Shown in pieces: positions 27,283 to 37,700 of a DNA stretch of 64,000 nt; position 1 is the stretch's first letter, and each line of letters begins with the position of its first letter. This DNA comes from an uncultured Mollicutes bacterium (GTDB lineage Bacteria; Bacillota_I; Bacilli_A; ML615J-28; CAG-313). The stretch is taken from NCBI GenBank assembly GCA_900539265.1, contig UQBM01000001.1:66012-130011 (forward strand), read 5' to 3'. A program made the position numbers and the translations under genes. Below the pieces are notes generated by a model, which worked only from the letters and a program-made list of their open reading frames with translations, ran no database searches and was not told the DNA's origin.

Positions 27283-27873
27283 ATGGATTTAAAATGTAAA
27301 GATGGATGGTTAGAAGTAATATGTGGATGTATGTTTGCAGGTAAAACAGAAGAGTTAATTAGAAGAATTAATCGTATTAAATATGCTAAAAAAGATATTG
27401 TTGTTTTTAAACCTGTTATTGATGATCGATATGATAAAAAGCAAGTCGTTTCTCATTCTAATCAAAGAGTTGATTCGATTCCCATTAAAAACTCTCAAGA
27501 AGTTTTTTCTTATTTGGATAAATTACCTTATGCAGTAGCTTTTGATGAAGCTCAGTTTTTTGATGATGGATTGGTGGATGTTACAGATCGGCTTGCTAAT
27601 TCTGGAGTTAGAGTAATTGTAGCAGGACTAGATCAAGATTTTAGAGGTGAGCCATTTGGCATAATGCCAATTTTGATGTCTAAAGCTGAATATATAACAA
27701 AACTTCAAGGGATATGTATGGTTTGTGGTGCTCCTGCAACCAGAACGCAAAGAATTATTAATGGTCATCCTGCGGCCTATGATGATCCAACCATTTTGGT
27801 TAGTGCAAAAGAAAAATATGAATCTAGATGTAGGCATTGCCATCAAGTTTTTAATAAAACATATGATAAATAA
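27283..27873 (+). CDS. tdk: Thymidine kinase
   Basis: 'GCMFAGKTEELIRR', 'FDEAQFF', and the C-terminal zinc motif 'CMVCG...CRHCH'. Confidence 0.92.
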   Translation: MDLKCKDGWLEVICGCMFAGKTEELIRRINRIKYAKKDIVVFKPVIDDRYDKKQVVSHSNQRVDSIPIKNSQEVFSYLDKLPYAVAFDEAQFFDDGLVDVTDRLANSGVRVIVAGLDQDFRGEPFGIMPILMSKAEYITKLQGICMVCGAPATRTQRIINGHPAAYDDPTILVSAKEKYESRCRHCHQVFNKTYDK

Positions 27874-28348
27874 TAATGATGATTTTTATTATATGAATGA
27901 GGCTTTGAAAGAAGCTTATAAAGCATATAGAGCCGATGAAGTTCCAGTTGGATGTGTAATTGTTAATAATGGAAAAATAATTGCAAGAGCTCATAATAAA
28001 AGGCAAAAAAAACATAATGTTTTTGGACATGCTGAAGTGTTGGCTATTAAAAAGGCTACTAAAAAATTACATTCTTGGATTTTAGATGAGGCAACAATTT
28101 ATGTAACATTAGAACCATGTTTAATGTGTGCAGGGTCTATTTTACAAGCACGGATAAAAAAACTTGTTTATGCAACTCCTGAAAAAAAATTTGGAGTTAT
28201 TGAAAGTAGGATGCAAATTTTTAATAATCAATCATTATTTAATCATCAAATTGAAGTTGTTAGTGGCATTTTTAAGTTAGAAGCTAGTAAAATTTTAAAA
28301 GAATATTTTAGACAAAAAAGAAAGTCTAAAATAAAGATTAACAAGTAA
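27863..28348 (+). CDS. tadA: tRNA-specific adenosine deaminase
   Basis: 'YMNEALKEAYKAYRADEVPVGCVIV', 'HAEVLAI', 'PCLMCAGS'. I chose the ATG at 27863 (11-nt overlap with tdk); 27893 is the alternative. Confidence 0.9.
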   Translation: MINNNDDFYYMNEALKEAYKAYRADEVPVGCVIVNNGKIIARAHNKRQKKHNVFGHAEVLAIKKATKKLHSWILDEATIYVTLEPCLMCAGSILQARIKKLVYATPEKKFGVIESRMQIFNNQSLFNHQIEVVSGIFKLEASKILKEYFRQKRKSKIKINK

Positions 28349-28366
28349 AATCAATATAATAAAACG

Positions 28367-28395
28367 TTGACAAAAATAAAAAAATGGTGTATAAT
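28367..28395 (+). promoter_or_regulatory. Sigma-A-like promoter for the SRP RNA
   Basis: TTGACA (28367-28372), a 17-nt spacer, then TATAAT (28390-28395). Confidence 0.6.
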
Positions 28396-28419
28396 AAGAT
28401 TGTAAATAGGTAATGGATT

Positions 28420-28548
28420 TACGGTAGGGGAAAATCTCAACTTAGATACCTTCATCCAAGGTTCCATGGTGAACCAGGTCAGGTCTTGATCGAAGCAGCC
28501 TTAAGCTTATGTAACTTGTGGATGGGGGGATCTAAGTTGAGATTTTTT
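28420..28548 (+). ncRNA. ffs: Small (4.5S-type) signal recognition particle RNA
   Basis: The conserved domain IV core 'ggtgaaccaggtcaggtcttgatcgaagcagcc' is present. A long closing helix pairs aaatctcaacttagat (28431-28446) with atctaagttgagattt (28530-28545), followed by a T-run. This is a locally GC-rich island. The position right after tadA matches the tadA-scr synteny known from Bacillus. The exact ends are uncertain. Confidence 0.85.
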
Positions 28549-28569
28549 AAAAGAAGGAGGATTAATAAA

Positions 28570-30357
28570 GTGAAAAAAGTATATGTTTTAATTTCAATTT
28601 TTATGTGTAGTTTATTTCTTTTTACTGGCTGTCAAAAAACTTATACAATTACTTTTGATGCAAATGGTGGAGTTTGTGAAATAGACAAAGTTGATTGTAA
28701 AAAGAAAGAAACTATTCAAGTTCCAAACAAACCAACAAGGGAAGGATATAATTTCTTATATTGGGAAAAAAATGGTAGTCAATTTAATTTTGATGAGGCT
28801 ATCACCTCTTCTTTTACTCTTGTTGCTAAATGGGAAATTCAAAAATATAATGTTATTTTTGATACCGATGGTGGAACATACATTGAAGATCAAAAAGTGG
28901 AATATGGTAAAACAATAAAAGTTAGTAACCCTACGAAAGAAGGATATGAGTTTATTGGTTGGTCTTTAAATGGTGAAGTATATGATATTTCCACTCCTGT
29001 TAAAAGTGATTTAATTTTGCTAGCAATTTGGGATGATATAAAATATACGGTGACTTTTGATGTAGCAGGTGGCGATGAACTCGAACCTATAAAAATTAAA
29101 AATGGTGAAAGTTTAGGTAAAATTATTCCAACTAAAGAACATAATAGTTTTGTATGTTGGTTATTAAATGGTGAAGTATATGATACAACAACCCCAATTA
29201 CTTCTAATATTACATTAGTTGCTTCTTGGAAAGAAGATTATAAAGTAACTATTCATTATAATAATGGCGATCCAAATTTAGTTTTATATGCAAAAGAAGG
29301 ACAAAGTATAAATGATTTAGGTGGAATCGATTCTCCTATAAAAGAAGGATATAAATTTATAAATTTTTATTATGATGAAGGATTCAATAATGCAATGTTG
29401 ATTTTTTCTAAAATTAATAATGATATTGATTTATACGCTAAATTTAGTAAGATTTATAATATAACTTATTATTTAAATGGTGGTACAACAAAAGAAGAAT
29501 TATTAACAAGTTATGTTGTTGAAGATGTTGAAAATCGGAATATTGATTTAATTTTGCCAGAAAAAAAGGGATATTTTTTTAGAGGATGGCATGAAAAAGA
29601 GGATTGTAGTGATAGTAATTTTTATAGAATAACCAAAAATGAAGCAAGAGATATCACTCTTTTTGCTAAATGGGATGAAGCAATTCTCCAAAATGCATAT
29701 TTAGGAATTTTAGGCGATAGTATTTCAACTTATAAAGGATATATTCCTGGAGGTTTCGTACATTTTCCATATTATGCAAGTTCTGATGATGGAGGAAGGG
29801 TAACTTTAGAACAGACCTGGTGGCGAATTACACAACAAACTTTAGGTTGTAGATTAGGAGTTAATAATTCATATAGTGGAACTTGTGTAATGAATGAGTA
29901 TGGGTATACTACTTCGGCAGAAAATATATCAAGGCTTCAACATTCAACTCGCTTTGATAATCTTCCTCCCGATATTATGATAATTTATATGGGAAATAAT
30001 GATGCTTTAGTTCAAAATTTAAATACAGCTAATTTTGAAAAAAGTTATCGAAATATGCTTAATAATATTTATACTTTATATCCAAATATTCAATTATTTC
30101 TAGGTACATTATCATATGAAAAATATTTTGTTGGCAAAGATTATTATCAAGAACATTTGTTAGTGACGGCTGAGGTTAATCGAATAATTAAATCTTTAGC
30201 TCATGAATATAATTTGCCAATTATTGATTTTGCGACTGCTTATAGTGATAGTTCATATTTATTTGATACTATTCATCCTAATGTTTTGGGTATGAGTGCT
30301 TTAGCTAATGTAGCAATTGATTCTATTTCAACATTTTACAATAAAACGACATTTTAA
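28570..30357 (+). CDS. Lipoprotein with Listeria-Bacteroides-type (Flg_new) repeats and a C-terminal SGNH/GDSL hydrolase domain
   Basis: The start is the GTG at 28570 after AAGGAGG. The track ORF start (28486) lies inside the SRP RNA. Lipobox LFTGC. Repeats follow the pattern 'ITFDANGG...PTREGYNFLYWEKNG...LVAKWE' (about 5 copies). SGNH blocks: 'GILGDSIS', 'GNND', 'DTIHPN'. Confidence 0.8.
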   Translation: MKKVYVLISIFMCSLFLFTGCQKTYTITFDANGGVCEIDKVDCKKKETIQVPNKPTREGYNFLYWEKNGSQFNFDEAITSSFTLVAKWEIQKYNVIFDTDGGTYIEDQKVEYGKTIKVSNPTKEGYEFIGWSLNGEVYDISTPVKSDLILLAIWDDIKYTVTFDVAGGDELEPIKIKNGESLGKIIPTKEHNSFVCWLLNGEVYDTTTPITSNITLVASWKEDYKVTIHYNNGDPNLVLYAKEGQSINDLGGIDSPIKEGYKFINFYYDEGFNNAMLIFSKINNDIDLYAKFSKIYNITYYLNGGTTKEELLTSYVVEDVENRNIDLILPEKKGYFFRGWHEKEDCSDSNFYRITKNEARDITLFAKWDEAILQNAYLGILGDSISTYKGYIPGGFVHFPYYASSDDGGRVTLEQTWWRITQQTLGCRLGVNNSYSGTCVMNEYGYTTSAENISRLQHSTRFDNLPPDIMIIYMGNNDALVQNLNTANFEKSYRNMLNNIYTLYPNIQLFLGTLSYEKYFVGKDYYQEHLLVTAEVNRIIKSLAHEYNLPIIDFATAYSDSSYLFDTIHPNVLGMSALANVAIDSISTFYNKTTF

Positions 30358-30385
30358 AAACATAAATAATATTTAAAAAATTTGT

Positions 30386-30430
30386 TCCTCATTTTGAATC
30401 TTCAATAAGGTTTAAAATGAGGATTTTTTT
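30386..30430 (+). terminator. Rho-independent terminator
   Basis: tcctcatttt (30386-30395) pairs with aaaatgagga (30414-30423), followed by TTTTTTT. Confidence 0.7.
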
Positions 30431-30495
30431 ATGTATAAAACGTAAATAATAAAATTCCTTCGTATTTATATTAACGAAAGGAGATAAAGATAATT

Positions 30496-32463
30496 ATGAA
30501 AAAAATAATAATATCATTAATTTTAGTTTTTAATTTGTTATTTACTAGTAACTTTTTTATAAAGATTAGAGCCTCAACTTTTAGCGATATTAGTAAACCA
30601 TTAATCGTATTACAAGGTCAAGACTATAATCAATATCTAAATTATCCAGGATACTCTATATTAGAAAGTAATGTCAATTTTAATAAGTGTGGTATTTATC
30701 GAGTTAAATATGAAAATGATTTTAATAAAAAGGCTATTGAAAAAAAAGTATATGTCAAATCTTATGAAGAATTATTAAAAGAAAAAAATTTTAATCAACA
30801 GTATGGACAAATTTTGGAAAATAGTAATTTGGCTAGCGTCCAAAAAGTTAAAAAAGATAAGGATTCATATTATATTAGTTTATTAGAAGAAACAGAAAAT
30901 GAACTTTATAATATCAAATTAGTTAAGATTACAAATGGATTTATAGTGTATGATAAGACAATATTTCCTAAAGTTAGAGGGAAAATTGTTGATTTTGTTA
31001 TTAATAATGATGAAGTTACCTTATTAGTTGAACAAGAAAGAGATGGGTATCATCAAGAGGTTTACCTTATTATGTTAAATGAATTCGGTGATATAGTAAA
31101 TATAAAAAGATATATTGGCAATGGCGTTGACAAAGCAAAAAAATTACTAGAAGATGACATCAATTATTATCTTATTATTGAAACTAATTCTAGTAATAAT
31201 TTTGATTATACTTTTGAACATTCTTATCAAAGTATTGTTATTTTTGTATATAATAAAAAGCAAAAAGCAAATACTAGTTTTCAATATATTATTGGTGAGA
31301 ATGATATGGAAATTATTGATGCTTCAATAGTAGACAATCAAATATGTATAATGACAAAGATGTATGATACAACAATTAGACTTAAAGTATTTGATTTATA
31401 TTTTTTTGCATGTGAAACATTAAAACAAACTAAAAAAACTAATTTCACAACTTCTTTAACAGAAACACCTTTTAAAATAAGAGTTGATTCATGTGATGAT
31501 ATATATGTTGTTAGTAGTGATTTTAAAAATAACGCATCTGTTAATAAATTATATAAATTAAAAGATAATTTGCAAAAAGAATTAATTTATCACTATCAAT
31601 ATCCCAAAGAAGCAGTGGCTAATTTAGTCGATTTTTTGGTACTTGATCATGATCAAATTATTATGCTTTATAATTTAATTGATTATCAACAAATTAATTC
31701 ATATGGATATTTATATCAAATTGTTGATAATCATCAAATAGTTGCTCAAATTGAAGATTTCAATACAGAACTGTATGTAAATGGATTTATACTATCTAAT
31801 GAATTATTGTTTATAGATGAGGATAGTATTTATGTTAATAAGATTAATAATGCAATATTTAAAGAGTTGAATCAAAAAATAATGATCACTTCTTTTAATG
31901 ATTTGATTTTTCCTACTTTATTTGTTAATGGTCAAAAAATAAATATAGATAAAAAGAAATCATCAATAGAATATGACATTAATGTTTTTGGAACATACTT
32001 AGCATATTATTATTTTACAACACCAGAGGTGGATATTGTTGTATTTGGAGACATAGTTGTGATGCCTAAAATTAATGTTAATCAAAACGAAATATATGAT
32101 AATAATTTTGCTTTAATATTTAATGGTGATGCTTTTTTAAATAATTATAAAATTATGTCTGGATATACGATTACAACCCCTGGTAAATATAATTTAGTTG
32201 TAGAGGGAAAAGATAAACAAACGATTGAAATTGATTTTTATGTTCAAGAAATAACTACACAAGAAACAATTAAAAATAAAGATTTATTGAAAATTACAAC
32301 TACAGATAAAAAGATGAGTAGCGAAGATTGTATAAATATAAACAATCATCTTCAAAAAAATAATTTTTATCAAGAAGGAATGGGGAAAGAAATTTGGACT
32401 TTACTTATACCTGTTTGTGCTTTTATTTTACTAATAATAACGATTGTTCGCAAGAGGAGTTAA
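30496..32463 (+). CDS. Large secreted, C-terminally membrane-anchored protein, unknown function
   Basis: It has an N-terminal signal peptide (MKKIIISLILVFNLLFTSNFF), a ~600-aa ectodomain, a C-terminal TM helix (IWTLLIPVCAFILLIITIV) and the basic tail RKRS. Confidence 0.7.
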   Translation: MKKIIISLILVFNLLFTSNFFIKIRASTFSDISKPLIVLQGQDYNQYLNYPGYSILESNVNFNKCGIYRVKYENDFNKKAIEKKVYVKSYEELLKEKNFNQQYGQILENSNLASVQKVKKDKDSYYISLLEETENELYNIKLVKITNGFIVYDKTIFPKVRGKIVDFVINNDEVTLLVEQERDGYHQEVYLIMLNEFGDIVNIKRYIGNGVDKAKKLLEDDINYYLIIETNSSNNFDYTFEHSYQSIVIFVYNKKQKANTSFQYIIGENDMEIIDASIVDNQICIMTKMYDTTIRLKVFDLYFFACETLKQTKKTNFTTSLTETPFKIRVDSCDDIYVVSSDFKNNASVNKLYKLKDNLQKELIYHYQYPKEAVANLVDFLVLDHDQIIMLYNLIDYQQINSYGYLYQIVDNHQIVAQIEDFNTELYVNGFILSNELLFIDEDSIYVNKINNAIFKELNQKIMITSFNDLIFPTLFVNGQKINIDKKKSSIEYDINVFGTYLAYYYFTTPEVDIVVFGDIVVMPKINVNQNEIYDNNFALIFNGDAFLNNYKIMSGYTITTPGKYNLVVEGKDKQTIEIDFYVQEITTQETIKNKDLLKITTTDKKMSSEDCININNHLQKNNFYQEGMGKEIWTLLIPVCAFILLIITIVRKRS

Positions 32464-32464
32464 G

Positions 32465-34678
32465 ATGAGAAAAATAGGTTTTATAAGTTTTATATTATTA
32501 TGTTGTTATCTTAATTTAGCAATACCAGTTAAAGCTGATAAGACAAGTCAAGAAGTAGAGTTTTATGAAGAAGTTAAAAGGGAAGTTTTTTTAGAAGATA
32601 TTAATAGTATTGATATTTTAGATGACGATGTATATACTGCCAATGATGATTTTTATTATTTAAAATATAATCTAAAGCAAAAAGGAAAACTTATTGCATT
32701 TTGTGAAAGAGTAGATTACTTATATTTGTTATATTTTAATAATAGTTATTATTTGGAACAATTAGACTTAAAAAAGGGTGATTCTAAATTAATCAAATTT
32801 GATAATAAAATTACTGATATAAAAATAAAAAATGATTATATATATTTAGTTGGTTGTTTAAATGATGATGCTATTATTTATAGATATAGTTTAGATTTAA
32901 CATTGTATAATATGTATACTTTTGGTGGTGATCAATATGAAGAATTTTGTAAAATTTATTTCATAAATGATTATATATATTTATTTGGATTAAAAAATGG
33001 AATTAGTCATAATAGTCCATTTTTAAATGTTGGTAATAGTATGGATATAAAACCATTTATTATAAAAATAGATAATAATTATACAATCAAAAAAAGTTTT
33101 TATATAAATGAGCATACAGAATTAGAAAGATTTAAAAGTATAATCGTTGATAATCAAGAAATCTATTTTATAATTGAAAGTAACAATCAAAATTATTACC
33201 AGTATACTCTTAATGATGATTTACAGATTAAAGAGCGTTATCTAATTTCAAATAATCAGGATATATCTAATATTTTTCTTGTTAATAGTTATAATATAAA
33301 AAATGAGAAGATATATGTATATGTGACTAATCATAGTTTATATTACGGTAGTTTTACCAATGAGTTTGTTCATACTTTTAAAATTAGTGATGATATTGAT
33401 TGTTTGAATTATACTTTTATAAATAGTGGTATATTAGAATTATTCTGTACAGAAAATCAAAAAATAATTAAATATGAAGTTTCAATGTATTATATAAATT
33501 TTGTAAATGAGAAGATAGTGTATTATAAAGATAGTACATATTTAGATACTAATCATTTTTCAGTATCTTCATATTTTGAGCCATTAGTTTTTAATTATGA
33601 TTATGAAAAAAATTCTAAAATTACTTTAAATAAATCAGGTATTTTTAAAGCTTTTTACTATGCTAAAAAAGCTAATGGTAGTTTTCTTAGAATTTCTACT
33701 CCATATATTATTAAACCATATCTAAATATTATTAATGGAGGAATTTATCAAAAAGGATATAAATTAGAATTTAGTGATAATTTATATTTAAATGATAAAA
33801 AGGTTTATAATGGAGAAATATTGAATCTTATAGGAGAAAATAAAATTACCCATGAGGTTAATAATATTAAAAAGGATTATATTATTTATGTTGAAGATAA
33901 TTATTATAAACAAATGGATTTAAACTGGATAGAATCGCATATAGTTCAAAATCTTTATGATAAATATTTATATAATATTTTGTTATCATATGATAAGGAA
34001 GTAAAACAAGTAATTGTAAATAATGAAATTTGGCCATTTAATAAAATTGATAATATGATAGTACTAGAATTTAATTCTTATAAGGTTGGCATTGAAAAAT
34101 ATAATATTGATTATATTGAATTTATAGATGGAAGTATATATGAGATTAAAGAACAATTATTTATTAAAACGAAGAAAAGTTTACCAATTATTGATATTTA
34201 TTATCAAGAAGATTTTATAGAATATAATATTGTAGATGATGATCAGAGTATAAATGATATTTTTATTAAATATTATTTAAATGATAAAACAGTTATTGTG
34301 GATAGGCTTCATTTAGGAAATTCTAAAATTAAAATAAATAATAATATCACAAGGATTGAAGTCATCTTGCAATATGAAAATGGTACAACTGATTTATATG
34401 AACAAATATTATTTGAGGTAGATGCTACTACAAAAAGAAAAGAAAAAATATTTTTTAATATAGATATAAAATTTAATGATAACAAAATTAATCAAATTTT
34501 GATAAAGGATTTTAATGTAAGAAATGTTAATTTATCATCAGCTAAAATACAAGATGTCATTTTTACAGATGCTTTAGTTGATAATCGCAATAAAGTGGTA
34601 ATATATATATCATTTATTTTAACTAGTATAATTGTTACAACTTCAACTATTATTCTTATAATTAAGAAAAAATCCTAA
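32465..34678 (+). CDS. Large secreted, C-terminally membrane-anchored protein, unknown function
   Basis: The ATG at 32465 comes right after the upstream stop. Signal peptide (MRKIGFISFILLCCYLNLAIPVKA), a ~690-aa ectodomain, a C-terminal TM helix (VVIYISFILTSIIVTTSTIILII) and the tail KKKS. It shares a ~60-aa module with the upstream protein. Confidence 0.7.
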   Translation: MRKIGFISFILLCCYLNLAIPVKADKTSQEVEFYEEVKREVFLEDINSIDILDDDVYTANDDFYYLKYNLKQKGKLIAFCERVDYLYLLYFNNSYYLEQLDLKKGDSKLIKFDNKITDIKIKNDYIYLVGCLNDDAIIYRYSLDLTLYNMYTFGGDQYEEFCKIYFINDYIYLFGLKNGISHNSPFLNVGNSMDIKPFIIKIDNNYTIKKSFYINEHTELERFKSIIVDNQEIYFIIESNNQNYYQYTLNDDLQIKERYLISNNQDISNIFLVNSYNIKNEKIYVYVTNHSLYYGSFTNEFVHTFKISDDIDCLNYTFINSGILELFCTENQKIIKYEVSMYYINFVNEKIVYYKDSTYLDTNHFSVSSYFEPLVFNYDYEKNSKITLNKSGIFKAFYYAKKANGSFLRISTPYIIKPYLNIINGGIYQKGYKLEFSDNLYLNDKKVYNGEILNLIGENKITHEVNNIKKDYIIYVEDNYYKQMDLNWIESHIVQNLYDKYLYNILLSYDKEVKQVIVNNEIWPFNKIDNMIVLEFNSYKVGIEKYNIDYIEFIDGSIYEIKEQLFIKTKKSLPIIDIYYQEDFIEYNIVDDDQSINDIFIKYYLNDKTVIVDRLHLGNSKIKINNNITRIEVILQYENGTTDLYEQILFEVDATTKRKEKIFFNIDIKFNDNKINQILIKDFNVRNVNLSSAKIQDVIFTDALVDNRNKVVIYISFILTSIIVTTSTIILIIKKKS

Positions 34679-34694
34679 TTTAAATGCATAAAAA

Positions 34695-34740
34695 TAAAAG
34701 TTTACTTAATCAAAAAATATTTAAGTAAACTTTTATTTCT
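34695..34740 (+). terminator. Rho-independent terminator
   Basis: taaaagtttacttaa (34695-34709) pairs with ttaagtaaactttta (34721-34735), followed by a T-rich tail. Confidence 0.75.
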
Positions 34741-34798
34741 TTTGTAAAAAAAAAGATTGTATGATATACTATATATGTATATTAAGGAGGTTTTTGAA

Positions 34799-37700
34799 AT
34801 GTTCAATCAATTGTATATTCAAACCGAATATTCCATTTTGCAAAGTTCATGTAAACTAGAACCTCTTTTTGAACGTTTGGTAAAAGATAAGGTTGATTCA
34901 TGTGCTATTGTTGATGAAGGAACTATGTATGGGACTATTAAATTTTATCAAGCATGCTTAAAAAATAAGATTAAACCGATTATTGGTTTAAAAGTAAATT
35001 ATGTATATAATGATATGAATAGTAGTATTTTGTTATATGCTATAAATGATTTTGGTTATAAGAATTTAATGAAAATATCTAGTAGAAGTAGATTAAATGA
35101 TGGAATAGTAGATTTTGAATATTTAGAAAAAGCATCATTAGGATTAATAGCAATTATTCCTTTTGATGAATCAATTTTAATTAAATACCATCAACACCAT
35201 GATGATAAAGCAATATTTCAAACAATTGATATTTTAAAACATACATATGATATTTTATATATCGGACTTCCGATTCCCAATTCATTAATTGAATTAAATT
35301 TTAATGAGATATATCGTTTTTATAAAAATGAAGGTTATAAATTAGTTGCATTGCCAAAGGTTAGTTATTTAAATATTGATGAAATGGATGCTTATATAAC
35401 ACTTAGGTCAATTAAAATGAATGCGAATTTGTATAAACCATTAGAAGTGGAAAAGTATCATTATTTGTTAGAACAAGAAGAATTAGAGTTTCTTTTTAGG
35501 GATTATCAAGATTTAATTGCTGCTACTATTGAAATAGCATCTTTATGTCAGGTAGAAATAGAATTTGGTAAATATCAATTACCTTTATATCAAGCAGGGT
35601 TAGATACGAAATCATATTTAAAAGAATTATGCTTAGTTGGATTAAAGAAAAGAATGCAAAGTTTTAGTTATTCCTATGATTATCAAATGTATTTAAAAAG
35701 GCTTAATGATGAATTAGATACAATCAATCAAATGGGATTTAATGATTATTTTTTAATTGTATATGACTATGTTAAATTTGCCAAAAAAAATGGTATACTA
35801 GTAGGACCAGGTAGAGGATCGGCTCCAGCATCACTTGTTAGTTATACCTTAGGAATTACTGAAGTGGATCCTATTTATTACAATTTATTATTTGAAAGAT
35901 TTTTAAATCCTGAAAGAATTTCTATGCCTGATATTGATATTGATTTTCCAGATGATAGGCGTGATGAAGTTATTAAATATGTTGGACAAAGATATGGAAA
36001 GGAAAAAGTGGCTCATATTGTTACATTTGGTACTTTTAAAGCTAAACTTGCAATTAATGATTGTGCACGAGTTTATAAATTACCAGATGAACATTTAAAA
36101 CAAATAAACAAATGCCTTCAATCATCTTTGTCATCAAGAGGAGTTAGTTTATCATTAAAAGATGCAATTAAAAATAATATAGAATTGCAACAATTAATGG
36201 ATGATTATGATGATATTAAAAAGGTTTTGGAAATTGCGTCTATTATTCAAGGAATTCCGAGAAATATATCAACACATGCGGCAGGTATTGTAATTACTAA
36301 ATATGATTTAGTCAATTATACACCTCTTGATGAAGGATTAGATGATATATATCAAACCCAGTATGAGTCTAGTGATTTAGAAATTTTAGGTCTTTTGAAA
36401 ATGGATTTTTTAGGACTTAAAAATTTAACAAATATTGCGAAAACAATTGAATTAATTCAAAAAGATAATCCTAATTTTATACTTCCTAAAAGAGAAGACG
36501 ATGAGGAAACGTATAAGATGTTAGCCGATGGTGATGTTAGTGGTGTTTTTCAATTAGAATCAGCAGGGATGAGAAAATTAATTATGAATTTAAAAACCTC
36601 TAGTCTCGAGGATATCATACAAGCACTTGCTTTGTATAGACCTGGACCAATGGATATTATTCCGCTATTTATTAAAAGAAAATTTAATTTAGAAAAAATA
36701 GATTATCCTCATAAAGATTTAGAACCAATCTTAAAAGAAACATATGGTACTATTGTTTATCAAGACCAAATTATGTTGATAGCTTGTAAATTTGCAGGAT
36801 ATACATTAGGTCGAGCAGATATTTTAAGAAGAGCAGTTTCTAAGAAAAAAAAGGAAGTTTTAGAACAAGAACGAGAAGTTTTTGTAAATTCATCGATCAA
36901 GCAAGGATATTCTTATGATGATGCTAGTTTAATATACGACTATATTGTCAAGTTTGCAGATTATGGTTTTAATAAAGCTCATAGTGTTGCTTATGCTAAG
37001 GTTGCCTATTTAACTGCCTATTTAAAATGTCATTATTTTAGTTATTATTTTTCTACTTTAATGACTTCTTTTATGGGAAGTATTAGTGATATTTTAGACT
37101 ATACTAAACAACTACTTTCAAGACATATTAAAGTTAATGCTCCCTCCATTAATAAAAGCATTGATATTTTTAATGTAATTGATGGTGAGATATACTTTCC
37201 TATTAGTATAATTCGAGGACTTGGTAATGTTAAAACTAATGATATTTTAGAAGAAAGAAAGAAAGGTATTTTTAATAGTTTTGAAGATTTTATAATAAGA
37301 TGTAAAAATATTATAGCTGCATCATTAATAGAAAATATTATTTATAGTGGTGCTTTAGATGAATTTGGATTAACTAAAAAAGCTATGATTGACAATTATC
37401 AAAATATTATTGAAAAAAGTACTTATACATTTGTTAAAAACATTTTGCAAATAGATTATGTGGAAGATGAATATAGTTATGGTACTTTACAAGAAAAGGA
37501 ATTAGAAGTTTTAGGAATTAATATACAATATGATTTTTTTAAACAATGTGTGGCGCTTTATGATAAATATAAGATGATTAAAATAAGTGATTTAAATTTA
37601 AATCAAAATATTAGAACAATGGGAATGATTAAAAATGTTAAAGAAATTTTAACAAAACAAAAAGAAAAAATGGCTTTTATTGAACTCGGTGATGATACAT

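Noticed and set aside
28486-28569. N-terminal extension of the SGNH lipoprotein ORF (MIEAALSLCNLWMGGSKLRFFKRRRINK...).
   Set aside because: It overlaps the SRP RNA and its terminator-like closing helix. A GTG at 28570 with an AAGGAGG RBS gives a canonical lipoprotein signal peptide.
28691-28918. Same-strand alternative-frame ORFs (28691-28918, 40911-41108, 50850-51035, 51279-51464).
   Set aside because: They are embedded in the lipoprotein, pgi and glnS coding frames, which carry the conserved motifs. The alternative frames show no motifs and no RBS.
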